DNA of 54,045 nt from Eubacteriales bacterium (GTDB lineage: Bacteria; Bacillota; Clostridia; Oscillospirales; CAG-272): assembly GCA_045644045.1 (NCBI GenBank), contig JAZRGD010000068.1:1-54045 (forward strand). The letters run 5' to 3'. Shown piece after piece: positions 32,036 to 41,025 of the stretch (positions within the stretch are counted from its first letter, which is position 1; every line of letters starts with the position of its first letter). Made by a program: the position numbers and the translations under genes. A model generated the notes under the pieces. That model saw nothing but the letters and a program-made list of their open reading frames with translations. It searched no databases and had not been told where the DNA came from.

Positions 32036-32131
32036 TTAGCCGTTGCAGCAGCAACAGAAGACGAGAACCAGAGCCAGGATGATGACCCAGGTGCAGTTGT
32101 CGTCGAAGAGATGGCAAAGACAGTTGTTCAT
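32036..32131 (-). CDS. 31-aa cysteine-rich hydrophobic peptide (probable spore-associated small protein)
   Basis: MNNCLCHLFDDNCTWVIILALVLVFCCCCNG*; AGAAAGGA RBS; host-like GC3 codons; its own terminator. Below the ORF-track cutoff. Confidence 0.75.
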   Translation of the reverse strand: MNNCLCHLFDDNCTWVIILALVLVFCCCCNG

Positions 32132-32202
32132 AGAGGTCCTTTCTGCCACGGTGGGCGTGCGGCACGCGCCGCGTTTTTTGAAGGGGTCACCCTTCACATT
32201 AC

Positions 32203-32229
32203 CATCTTATGCGGCAAAGGACTTTTGGT
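32203..32229 (-). promoter_or_regulatory. SigK-type promoter for the small peptide
   Basis: Minus strand AC-N16-CATAAGATG fits the mother-cell SigK consensus AC-N16-CATANNNT. Confidence 0.5.
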
Positions 32230-32273
32230 TACCGTTTTCATTCTTTCCTCTTTAATGCAAATAATTATTTACA

Positions 32274-32864
32274 TTAAACGGGAATTGCCTTTTCGAAGGA
32301 GCGGCGGAACATAAGGAAGGTGACGGGGTCGTTTTCAAGGTATCCGTCCGCAAGCAGCATCACCGCCCCCGACAAAAGCGAGCGGACGGTATAAAGCATT
32401 TCCGCACGTTCGTCCGCGGTCAAAGTCTTTTCCTCCGCCCATTCGGAGAGCAAGGAAGCCGTTTTTTCACCAAAGCCAAAGTCCTCTCTGCCCTCTCCCT
32501 CGCCCTTTTCCATCATATGCACCGAGCGGAAATGGGGGTTGCCGATCCAAAAGCGAATGGCGGCAAGGCAGAGCTCCACGATAGAGCGTCTTTTTTCATT
32601 TTTATATAGGGCGCAGATATGCTCCTCAAGGAGTGCCCATTTTTCGTTGATATAGGAGAAGATGGCTTGCAAAAGCGCCTCCTTGTCCTTGAAGTGCTTA
32701 TAGGGCGCGGCGCAGGACACCCCTGCGGCGGCGGCAACGCGGCGGAGAGAAAAGCCGCCGAGACCGTGGTTCTCCAGCTCCTTGATGCCCGCGAGGATCA
32801 AGCCCTCTCGCAAATCGGCGGCGGCGAAGCCGCTTTCTTCATTTTCATATAGATCTCTTTGCAT
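32274..32864 (-). CDS. TetR/AcrR family transcriptional regulator
   Basis: FSLRRVAAAAGVSCAAPYKHFKDKEALL HTH; ATG 32864 after GAGGTG (alternative start 32885). Confidence 0.92.
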   Translation of the reverse strand: MQRDLYENEESGFAAADLREGLILAGIKELENHGLGGFSLRRVAAAAGVSCAAPYKHFKDKEALLQAIFSYINEKWALLEEHICALYKNEKRRSIVELCLAAIRFWIGNPHFRSVHMMEKGEGEGREDFGFGEKTASLLSEWAEEKTLTADERAEMLYTVRSLLSGAVMLLADGYLENDPVTFLMFRRSFEKAIPV

Positions 32865-32878
32865 TTTTTCCACCTCTC

Positions 32879-32907
32879 TTGACATCTCTTGCTTTTAATG
32901 ATATACT
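32879..32907 (+). promoter_or_regulatory. SigA promoter for the YccF-domain gene
   Basis: TTGACA-17-TATACT with extended TG. Confidence 0.75.
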
Positions 32908-32957
32908 ATCGTTACCGACACTGCTCGGAATACTGATACGTAAGGAGATCTCACGTT

Positions 32958-33317
32958 ATGAAAGTCATCGGCAACATTCTTTGGTTCCTCATCATCGGCA
33001 TCGGCACGGCACTGGGTTGGTTCTTCTCCGGACTTTTGCTCTGCATCACCATCATTGGCATCCCCTTCGGTAAGCAGTGCTTCAAAATGGCAAGCCTGTC
33101 CCTCTTCCCCTTTGGCAAAACGGTAGCCAGCAATTTCGGCTCGCATCCGATCGCCAATATCATCTGGGCTATTTTGTTTGGTTGGGAGCTGGCACTGGGC
33201 TACCTGCTCGCAGGCATATTCTTCTGCATCACCATCATCGGTATTCCCTTCGGCAAGCAGTGCTTTAAGCTGGCAAGCCTCGCGATCATCCCCTTCGGGG
33301 CTCACGTAAACGGTTAA
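32958..33317 (+). CDS. YccF domain membrane protein
   Basis: Two repeats of NILW...G.......CITIIGIPFGKQCFK.A.L...PFG. Confidence 0.93.
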   Translation: MKVIGNILWFLIIGIGTALGWFFSGLLLCITIIGIPFGKQCFKMASLSLFPFGKTVASNFGSHPIANIIWAILFGWELALGYLLAGIFFCITIIGIPFGKQCFKLASLAIIPFGAHVNG

Positions 33318-33354
33318 GCCCTTCCCCCTGCGCCTCGGCGCGGGGGGCTTTTTT
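33316..33354 (+). terminator. Terminator after the YccF-domain gene
   Basis: GC-rich imperfect hairpin AAGCCC...GCGCC-TC-GGCGC...GGGCTT plus T-run. Confidence 0.65.
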
Positions 33355-33422
33355 ATTATAACAATTTTATCGCAAAATTGCAAGTTTTTTTATTCTTTCC
33401 CCCGCTTTTTTATGCAAGCCCC

Positions 33423-33451
33423 TTGACAAACGGCGAAAATTGCGGTATAAT
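33423..33451 (+). promoter_or_regulatory. SigA promoter for the aromatic amino acid cluster
   Basis: Perfect TTGACA-17-TATAAT. Confidence 0.85.
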
Positions 33452-33501
33452 ATCCCCATCAAAAACAAGTTAACACTGTTAACCACAAGGAGGACACCCC
33501 C

Positions 33502-34692
33502 ATGATCGTAAAAAGCAAGAGAGCATTAGGAGAAAAACGCTCGGTGATCCGTGAAATCTTTGAATACGGACGGGCAAGGCGCGCGGAGATCGGCGCGGAG
33601 AACGTCTTTGACTTCAGCCTTGGCAATCCCAGCGTACCCGCCCCCGACGAGGTAAACGAGGCACTGGTATCCCTCATCAAGGAGACTCCCTCCACCCAGC
33701 TGCACGGCTATACCTCGGCACAGGGTGATGCCGCCGTCAGAGGGGCCATTGCCGAATATCTGAACAAGACCTACGGCGCGGGCGTGTCCGCCACCGACCT
33801 TTATATGACGGTGGGTGCCGCCGCTTCCCTGTCCGCCTGTCTGTCCGCCTTGGCGGGCGAGGGCGAGGAGGTGGTCGCCTTTGCCCCCTTCTTCCCCGAA
33901 TACCGCGTCTTTACCGAGCAGGCGGGCGCATCTCTGCGCGTCGTCCCCGCCGACACCGAGAAATTCGAGATCTCCTTTGAGGGGCTGGCGGAGGCTTTGA
34001 GCGAAAGGACCGCCGCCGTTATCATCAACTCCCCCAACAATCCCTCGGGCGCGGTGCTGTCCGCCGCTACCCTCACCCGTCTCGGACAGGTGCTGACCGA
34101 GGCGGAGAAGAAATACGGTCACCCCATCTACCTCATCGCTGACGAGCCCTACCGTGAGCTTGCCTACGACGTAGAGGTGCCCTACCCCACTCTGTTCTAT
34201 CACAACACCCTCGTGTGCTACTCCTTCTCCAAGTCCCTCTCCCTGCCGGGCGAGCGTATCGGCTACGTGCTGGTGCCCCCTACGGTGGAGGAGCATGACG
34301 GCGTATATGCCGCCATCTGCGGCGCGGGACGCGCTCTCGGCTACGTGTGCGCCCCCAGCCTCTTCCAGTATCTCATTCCGAGGGTGCTTGGCAAGGTGTC
34401 CGACCTTGCGGCCTACAAGACCAACCGTGACCTGCTGTACGGCGCGCTGACCGAGTACGGCTTTACGGTAAACAAGCCCGACGGTGCCTTCTATCTGTTT
34501 ATGAAGGCGGCCGAGGCCGACGCCACCGCCTTCTGCGAGAGAGCGAAAAAATACGAGCTTCTTCTCGTTCCCGGTGACGACTTTGCCTGCCCCGGCTACG
34601 TGCGTATCGCCTATTGCGTGACCGAGGATCAGATCCGCCGCTCCCTCCCTGCCTTCCGTATGCTGGCGGAGGAGTACGGTCTCATCAAGTAA
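33502..34692 (+). CDS. Class I/II PLP-dependent aminotransferase (aspartate/aromatic)
   Basis: FDFSLGNP, INSPNNPSG, DEPYREL, SFSKSLSLPGERIGY. Confidence 0.92.
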   Translation: MIVKSKRALGEKRSVIREIFEYGRARRAEIGAENVFDFSLGNPSVPAPDEVNEALVSLIKETPSTQLHGYTSAQGDAAVRGAIAEYLNKTYGAGVSATDLYMTVGAAASLSACLSALAGEGEEVVAFAPFFPEYRVFTEQAGASLRVVPADTEKFEISFEGLAEALSERTAAVIINSPNNPSGAVLSAATLTRLGQVLTEAEKKYGHPIYLIADEPYRELAYDVEVPYPTLFYHNTLVCYSFSKSLSLPGERIGYVLVPPTVEEHDGVYAAICGAGRALGYVCAPSLFQYLIPRVLGKVSDLAAYKTNRDLLYGALTEYGFTVNKPDGAFYLFMKAAEADATAFCERAKKYELLLVPGDDFACPGYVRIAYCVTEDQIRRSLPAFRMLAEEYGLIK

Positions 34693-34707
34693 AAAGGAAA
34701 AAAGAAA

Positions 34708-35796
34708 ATGGATAAGCTGCAAAGGGCCAGAGAGACCATCGATCGCATAGACGCGGAGATGGCAAGGCTTTTCACCGAAAGAATGGGCGCGGCCGCCGAG
34801 GTGGCCGCCTATAAAAAGGAGCACGGTCTCCCCATCTTGGACGCTGCCCGTGAGGCGCAGGTCATCGAAAACGGTGCCGCGCGCATTGAGGACGAGGCCT
34901 TAAAGGAATACTACGTGACCTTCTTGAAGAATATGATGGCTGTCTCCCGCAGCTATCAGAGTCAGCTTCTTGACGGTATGCGCGTAGCCTACAGTGGCAC
35001 CGAGGGTGCCTTTGCTCACGCCGCGGCGGGCAAGGTGTTTCCCGAGGCGAAAAGGATCGGCTACCCCGACTTTGCCGCCGCCTATCGGGCAGTGGAAAAC
35101 GGTGAGTGCTACGCCGCCGTCCTCCCCATCGAAAACTCCTTCGCGGGTGAGGTGGGACAGGTCACCGACCTGCTCTTCTTCGGCTCTCTGTCGGTGTCGG
35201 GCATTTACGATCTCACGGTGACCCAGAATCTGCTGGCAAAGCCCGACGTCACCATCTCCGAGATCCGACGGGTGCTAAGCCACCCCCAAGCCCTCAGCCA
35301 ATGCGCCGATTACATCCGCAAGCACGGCTTCGCCACCACCGAAATGGAAAACACCGCCCTTGCCGCCAAGGCGGTAGCCGAGGGAGACGACCCCACCGTC
35401 GCCGCCATCGCGGGCGAGGAGGCGGCGGCCTGCTTCGGGCTGGCGGTGCTTGACCACAGCATCAACGAAAGCGCGGTCAATACCACCCGCTTCGCGGTCT
35501 TCACCCGCGCCCGCCATCCCCTTGCCCCCTCCGTGGGACAGGCGGGACGCTTCATTCTTCTGTTCACGGTGCTGAACGAGGCGGGGGCACTGGCCAAGGC
35601 CATCGACATCATCGGTCGCTTCGGCTTCAATATGCGCACTCTCCGCAGCCGTCCCGTCAAGGACGCCATGTGGAAGTATTACTTCTACGCGGAGGCGGAG
35701 GGTAACGTGGACAGCGATCAAGGCAAGGCGATGCTGGCCGCCCTCGGTCAGTTCTGCGAATCCTTGAAGGTAGCGGGTACCTATACAGATAACTGA
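34708..35796 (+). CDS. pheA: Bifunctional chorismate mutase / prephenate dehydratase
   Basis: N-terminal AroQ-type CM (RETIDRID...ERM...KK); LPIENS, SHPQALSQC, NTTRF; ACT domain with SRP. Confidence 0.93.
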   Translation: MDKLQRARETIDRIDAEMARLFTERMGAAAEVAAYKKEHGLPILDAAREAQVIENGAARIEDEALKEYYVTFLKNMMAVSRSYQSQLLDGMRVAYSGTEGAFAHAAAGKVFPEAKRIGYPDFAAAYRAVENGECYAAVLPIENSFAGEVGQVTDLLFFGSLSVSGIYDLTVTQNLLAKPDVTISEIRRVLSHPQALSQCADYIRKHGFATTEMENTALAAKAVAEGDDPTVAAIAGEEAAACFGLAVLDHSINESAVNTTRFAVFTRARHPLAPSVGQAGRFILLFTVLNEAGALAKAIDIIGRFGFNMRTLRSRPVKDAMWKYYFYAEAEGNVDSDQGKAMLAALGQFCESLKVAGTYTDN

Positions 35797-35830
35797 TTTT
35801 GTAAACCTTGGTTTACCAAGCGGAGGAAAT

Positions 35831-36904
35831 ATGACAAATTCCGTCAAAAGGCTTTCGGTGCGACTGCCAAGCGAAAGCTATGATATTCTCATTGGACGCG
35901 GTCTGCTTGCCATAGCGGACGAGCATCTTTCTCTTGCGAGACGGGTGCTGATCCTAACCGATGACGGCGTGCCCACCGCGTACAGCGAGGCGGTGGCGGC
36001 GGCGGTCACGAGAGCGGGCGGTGCGCCCACCCTCTTCGTCATCCGTCAGGGTGAGGAGAGCAAATCCCTCTCCACCGCCGAGGCTGTGCTTGCCCGTATG
36101 CTCGACGCAGGCTTCACCCGCACCGACTGCCTCGCGGCCGTGGGCGGGGGGATCGTTGGTGACCTTGGCGGTCTCGTCGCCTCCCTGTATATGCGCGGCG
36201 TGGATTTTTACAACCTTCCCACCACCGTTTTGTCTCAGGTGGATTCCTCCATCGGCGGCAAGACCGCCGTGAATCTCGGCGGCATCAAAAATGCCGTCGG
36301 CGCGTTCTATCAGCCCAAGCGCGTCCTCATCGACCTTGACACCTTGGAGACCCTCCCCGAGCGACAGGTCTCCCAAGGGCTTGCCGAGGCCTTGAAGATG
36401 TCCCTCACCCACAGCCCCTCCCTCTTTGCCCTGTTCGAGTCGGGAGACCCCCTCGCCCACATGGAGCAGATCGTCTACGAATCCCTGGACATCAAGCGTC
36501 GCGTGGTAGAGGCGGATGAGAAGGAGATGGGTCTCAGGCGCGTATTAAACTTCGGTCACACCGTGGGACACGGCATTGAGAGCCGCTTTGGCATCGACGC
36601 CGACAAGCGCGCGGAGGAAAACACCCGTGAGACGGGCTTTTATCACGGCGAGTGCGTCGCCCTCGGTATGCTTCCCATGTGCGAGGGTGCGTTAAGAGAA
36701 CGGCTGAAAAGGGTGCTGAAAAGCCTTTCCTTGCCCACCGAGGTCTCCCTCACCGCCGCCGAGATCACCGCCGCCATGCGCCACGACAAGAAGGCCACGG
36801 AGACGGGCGTGAAGGCTGTCCTCGTGGAGGAGGTAGGCTCGTTCGTTATGAAGGAGTTGTCCTTCGCCCGGCTTGAAGCCCGTATTACCGCAACCTTTGG
36901 TTGA
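35831..36904 (+). CDS. aroB: 3-dehydroquinate synthase
   Basis: GEESKS, GGGIVGDLGG, PTTVLSQVDSSIGGKT, LNFGHT, HGECV, DKK. Confidence 0.96.
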   Translation: MTNSVKRLSVRLPSESYDILIGRGLLAIADEHLSLARRVLILTDDGVPTAYSEAVAAAVTRAGGAPTLFVIRQGEESKSLSTAEAVLARMLDAGFTRTDCLAAVGGGIVGDLGGLVASLYMRGVDFYNLPTTVLSQVDSSIGGKTAVNLGGIKNAVGAFYQPKRVLIDLDTLETLPERQVSQGLAEALKMSLTHSPSLFALFESGDPLAHMEQIVYESLDIKRRVVEADEKEMGLRRVLNFGHTVGHGIESRFGIDADKRAEENTRETGFYHGECVALGMLPMCEGALRERLKRVLKSLSLPTEVSLTAAEITAAMRHDKKATETGVKAVLVEEVGSFVMKELSFARLEARITATFG

Positions 36905-36952
36905 CATTTTAACGAATTTTCGTCTTTCGCGCAAGCGAAAGCAGGAGCGCAT

Positions 36953-38050
36953 ATGAAAAACACGTTTGGACAAAGCATTGCCGTGACCCTCTTTGGAGAA
37001 AGCCACGGCCCCGCCATCGGCGCGGTCATCGACGGGCTTGCTCCCGGCATTCCCGTGTCGGAGGAGGCCATCGCCGCCGCCCTTGAAAGGCGGCGTCCCG
37101 CAGGGCGTTTTTCCACCGCTCGCGTGGAGAAGGATGCCTTTTCTCTGATCAGCGGCGTGTATAAGAGCAGGACCACGGGCACCCCCCTGACCATCCTCAT
37201 TCCCAACGAAAACACCCGTAGCGGTGACTACGACAAGGCCGAGCGTCTTGCCCGTCCCGGTCACGCCGACTATGCGGCGACGTGCAAATACCACGGCTTC
37301 GAGGATCCCCACGGAGGCGGACATTTCTCGGGTCGCATCACCGCCGCGCTGGTGGCGGCAGGGGCGATCGTCAGCGAGGCTCTTGCCCAAAAGGGCATCG
37401 GCGTATATCTCCGCATTGCCGAGATCGCGGGTGTGAAGGACGCGCCCCTCACCGATCCTCTCCGTCAGCTTCCCCCTCTTAAAGCCTCGGCCTTCCCCGT
37501 TTTCGACGGGGAACAGGGCGAAAAGATGAAGGAGGCCATCCTCACCGCCGCGAATGACGGCGACAGCGTGGGTGGCGTGCTTGAGGGCGTGGTCACAGGC
37601 ATCCCCGCAGGCGTGGGCGAGCCTTGGTTTGACAGCGTGGAGAGCGTTCTTTCCCACATATTCTTTTCTATCCCCGCCGTCAAGGGTGTGGAGTTCGGAG
37701 ACGGCTTTGCTCTCACCCGTATGCGCGGAAGCGAGGCAAACGACCCCTTGCGCAAGGGCGAGGGGGGCGTCGTCACCGCCACCAACCACGGCGGCGGCAT
37801 CAACGGCGGCATTACCAACGGAATGCCCATCGTCTTCCGTCTGGCCGTCAAGCCCACCCCCTCCATTTATAAGAAGCAAAGCACCGTCTCTTTGGAGACG
37901 GGCGAGAACGCCGAAATAGAGATCGTCGGCCGTCACGACCCCTGCGTGGTCCACCGCGCCGCCGCCGTAGCGGAGGCCGCCACCGCCTTGGCCCTTGCCG
38001 ATCTTTTGGCATCTCGCTTCGGCACCGACTATTTTTCTCCAAAAAAGTAA
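36953..38050 (+). CDS. aroC: Chorismate synthase
   Basis: FGESHG, RPGHAD, GGGHFSGR, SIPAVKG, GGINGG, KPTPSI, GRHDPC. Confidence 0.97.
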   Translation: MKNTFGQSIAVTLFGESHGPAIGAVIDGLAPGIPVSEEAIAAALERRRPAGRFSTARVEKDAFSLISGVYKSRTTGTPLTILIPNENTRSGDYDKAERLARPGHADYAATCKYHGFEDPHGGGHFSGRITAALVAAGAIVSEALAQKGIGVYLRIAEIAGVKDAPLTDPLRQLPPLKASAFPVFDGEQGEKMKEAILTAANDGDSVGGVLEGVVTGIPAGVGEPWFDSVESVLSHIFFSIPAVKGVEFGDGFALTRMRGSEANDPLRKGEGGVVTATNHGGGINGGITNGMPIVFRLAVKPTPSIYKKQSTVSLETGENAEIEIVGRHDPCVVHRAAAVAEAATALALADLLASRFGTDYFSPKK

Positions 38051-38066
38051 ACAAGGAGTTAGCATT

Positions 38067-39311
38067 TTGGAATACGGCTGTATTGGGGCGAAGCTCGCCC
38101 ATAGCTTTTCAAAGGAGATCCACGCCCGTCTTGCGGACTACCGTTACGAGCTGACCGAGGTAGCCGCCGCCGACCTCCCCGCCTTTCTGTGCGCGGCGGA
38201 CTTTCGCGCCATCAACGTGACCATTCCCTACAAGCAGGACGTGATCCCCTATCTTTCGTGGATCTCGCCCGAGGCGGCGCGCATCGGCGCGGTCAACACC
38301 GTCGTCAACCGTGACGGCAGGCTTTACGGCTACAACACCGACTTTTTCGGTATCCTTTCCGCCATGAAGCGGATGGGCTTTCCCTCTCTTGAGGGAAAAA
38401 AGGTGCTGATCCTCGGCACGGGAGGCACCTCTCTCACCGCCATGGCGGTGGCGGAGCATATGTACGCCCGTGAGATCGTCAGGGTCAGCCGCACCGCCAA
38501 GGAGGGCGCGGTGACCTACGCCGAGGCAAGGGAGAAGCACACCGACGCGCAGATCCTGTTCAACGCTTCCCCCTCGGGTATGTACCCCCACGCCGAGGAC
38601 GCCCCCCTGCTGTCTCTTGCCGATTTCCCCGCCTTGGTGGGGGTCTTCGACGCGGTCTACAATCCCCTTCGCACCCGTCTCATCCTTGAGGCGGAGGCCT
38701 TGGGCATCTCCGCCATCGGCGGTCTTTACATGCTGGTGGCCCAGGCCTTCCGCGCCGTGGAGATCTTCCTTGATACCGCCCTTGACCCCGCCCTGATGGA
38801 AAGCACCTTTGCCTCGGTGCTGGGAGAAAAGGAAAACACCGTGCTGATCGGCATGCCCGCCTCGGGCAAAAGCTCGGTGGGACGCGCCCTTGCCGAAAGG
38901 CATGGTCGCCGCTTCCTTGACCTTGACGCCCTCACCGTGGAAAGAGCGGGCTGTCCCATCTCCGAGATCTTCGAGGTCAAGGGAGAGACGGCGTTCCGCG
39001 ACCTGGAAAGCGAGGTCATCGCCTCCGTCGCCGCCGAAAACGGCTTGGTCATCGCCACGGGCGGCGGTGCCATCCTCCGCGCGGAGAACGTCAGACGCTT
39101 AAAGCAAAACGGCCGTCTTTATTTTCTCGACCGTCCCCTTCCGCTTCTGACCCCCACCGCCGACCGTCCCACCGCCTCCGACAAGGAGGCCATTTGCCGC
39201 CGCTTTGAGGAGAGATACCCCATCTACACCGCCGTGGCGGACGAAAGGATCGAGGGAGACGGAAGCGTGGCGGAGGTCACAGAACGACTTGAAAGGAGTC
39301 TATCCCTTTGA
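38067..39311 (+). CDS. aroE: Fused shikimate dehydrogenase / shikimate kinase (AroE-AroK)
   Basis: HSFS, NVTIPYK, GAVNT, NTD, GTGG followed by LIGMPASGKSSVG, GETAFRDLE, IATGGG; TTG start after AAGGAG. Confidence 0.92.
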   Translation: MEYGCIGAKLAHSFSKEIHARLADYRYELTEVAAADLPAFLCAADFRAINVTIPYKQDVIPYLSWISPEAARIGAVNTVVNRDGRLYGYNTDFFGILSAMKRMGFPSLEGKKVLILGTGGTSLTAMAVAEHMYAREIVRVSRTAKEGAVTYAEAREKHTDAQILFNASPSGMYPHAEDAPLLSLADFPALVGVFDAVYNPLRTRLILEAEALGISAIGGLYMLVAQAFRAVEIFLDTALDPALMESTFASVLGEKENTVLIGMPASGKSSVGRALAERHGRRFLDLDALTVERAGCPISEIFEVKGETAFRDLESEVIASVAAENGLVIATGGGAILRAENVRRLKQNGRLYFLDRPLPLLTPTADRPTASDKEAICRRFEERYPIYTAVADERIEGDGSVAEVTERLERSLSL

Positions 39312-39757
39312 AAAAAATATTCATCATCAACGGCCCGAATCTCAACCTGCTTGGAGTGAGAGAGCCGGATATATACGGACGGGAGACCTACGACGGTCTC
39401 GTAGCTAATATCCGTCAGCATTGCCTCGCCAAGGGCGTAGAAGCGATTTTCGTGCAATCCAACCACGAGGGCGATTTGGTGGATGCCATCCATCGCGCCT
39501 ACTTTGAGGGAGCCGTGGGAGCGGTCATCAATCCCGGTGCTTACACCCACACCAGCATTGCCCTGCTGGACGCGGTGAAGGCCACCTCCCTTCCCACCGT
39601 GGAGGTGCATATCTCCGACGTGGACAGCCGTGAGGACTTCCGTCGGGTCAGCTATATCCGCGCCGCCTGCATCGCCACCGTATCGGGGCACGGAACGGCA
39701 GGGTATCCGGAAGCGGTAGACCTGCTTCTCGCCCGTGAGACGGAGGACAAGGCATGA
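39308..39757 (+). CDS. aroQ: Type II 3-dehydroquinate dehydratase
   Basis: NGPNLNLLG.REP..YG, QSNHEG, NPGAYTHTS, EVHIS, RE.FR. Confidence 0.96.
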   Translation: MKKIFIINGPNLNLLGVREPDIYGRETYDGLVANIRQHCLAKGVEAIFVQSNHEGDLVDAIHRAYFEGAVGAVINPGAYTHTSIALLDAVKATSLPTVEVHISDVDSREDFRRVSYIRAACIATVSGHGTAGYPEAVDLLLARETEDKA

Positions 39758-40965
39758 AGGTCACCGTCAGCGCGGGCAAGGCGAGAGGGACCGTCAAGGC
39801 CCCTCCCTCCAAAAGCATCGCCCACCGTCTTTTGATCTGCGCCGCCCTGTGCGACGGCGAGAGCCTTCTTTACGGCATTTCGGACAGCGACGACATGAAG
39901 GCCACCGTCTCTTGTCTTACCGCCCTCGGTGCCGTCTTTACCCGCGAGGGGGAGGGCTTGCGTGTGAGGGGCGTCGATCCCCGCGTCACCACCCCGAAGG
40001 GGGAGCTGTTTTGCAATGAAAGCGGCAGTACCCTCCGCTTCCTTTTGCCCGTGGCGTTGCTCTCGGGCACAAAGACCGTTCTCTCGGGCAAGGAGGTCTT
40101 ATTCCGCCGCCCCCTGTCGGTGTACGAGTCTCTCTGCGCCGAAAAGGGCTATTTATACGAAAAAACAGACGACACCGTCACCGTTAAGGGTCCCTTAACG
40201 ACAGGTGCTTATCGGGTAGCGGGCAATATCAGCAGTCAGTTTATCAGTGGTCTGCTCTTTGCCCTGCCTCTGTTGGACGGAGACAGCATCCTATCCATCA
40301 CTCCGCCCATCGAAAGCCGCTCCTACATCGGCTTGACCCTCGACGCCCTCGCCTCCTTTGGCGTAAAGGCCGTTTGGCAGGACGACCACACCCTCTTTAT
40401 CCCCGGCGGACAGCATTACACCCCCACCGAGGCGACGGTGGAGGGAGACTATTCGGGTGCCGTCTTCTTTGAAGCCCTCAACGCTTTGGGGGGAGAGGTA
40501 TCCGTCACGGGTCTGAAGGAGGACTCCTTGCAGGGAGACCGCGCCTATCTTCGCTTTATTCCCATGCTCACCCGTGGCACCCCCACCGTCCACATCGGGG
40601 ACTGTCCCGACCTTGGGCCTATGCTCTTTGCCCTGGCCGCCGCCAAAAACGGCGCGGTGTTTACAGGCACGGCGCGCCTTGCCCTGAAGGAGAGCAACCG
40701 CATCACCGCCATGGCGGAGGAGCTTGCGAAGCTTGGCACCACCGTCACGGTGGGCGGGGACAGCGTGGTGATCTATCCAAGCGATTTTCACGCGCCTACC
40801 CTACCTCTTTTCGGCCACGGAGACCATCGCATCGTGATGGCCACCGCCATTTTGGCCACCCTGACGGGCGGCGTCATCGAAGGGGCGGAGGCGGCAAGCA
40901 AGAGCTTCCCCGACTTTTTTGAAAAGCTTTCTTCTTTAGGCATTGCCATACGAGCCGAAGCCTAA
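39754..40965 (+). CDS. aroA: EPSP synthase
   Basis: PPSKSIAHR, NESGSTLRF, SSQFISGLL, KESNR, DHRI.M, KSFPDFF. Confidence 0.96.
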   Translation: MKVTVSAGKARGTVKAPPSKSIAHRLLICAALCDGESLLYGISDSDDMKATVSCLTALGAVFTREGEGLRVRGVDPRVTTPKGELFCNESGSTLRFLLPVALLSGTKTVLSGKEVLFRRPLSVYESLCAEKGYLYEKTDDTVTVKGPLTTGAYRVAGNISSQFISGLLFALPLLDGDSILSITPPIESRSYIGLTLDALASFGVKAVWQDDHTLFIPGGQHYTPTEATVEGDYSGAVFFEALNALGGEVSVTGLKEDSLQGDRAYLRFIPMLTRGTPTVHIGDCPDLGPMLFALAAAKNGAVFTGTARLALKESNRITAMAEELAKLGTTVTVGGDSVVIYPSDFHAPTLPLFGHGDHRIVMATAILATLTGGVIEGAEAASKSFPDFFEKLSSLGIAIRAEA

Positions 40966-41025
40966 CCACCACCCAAAATATGCAACCTTTGGTTTACATT
41001 TTTCTGATTTAGAAGGGTTTTCGCT

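Noticed and set aside
31605-32314. ORF-track calls across the repeat-rich gap (31324-32082, 31605-31976, 31808-32314)
   Set aside because: They run through palindromic repeats and terminators without RBS support; only the 31-aa peptide is supported.
33043-33280. Internal nucleotide repeat in the YccF gene
   Set aside because: Explained by the known two-repeat architecture of YccF proteins.
33452-33501. T-box upstream of the aro cluster
   Set aside because: Leader is only about 45 nt and lacks the T-box consensus.
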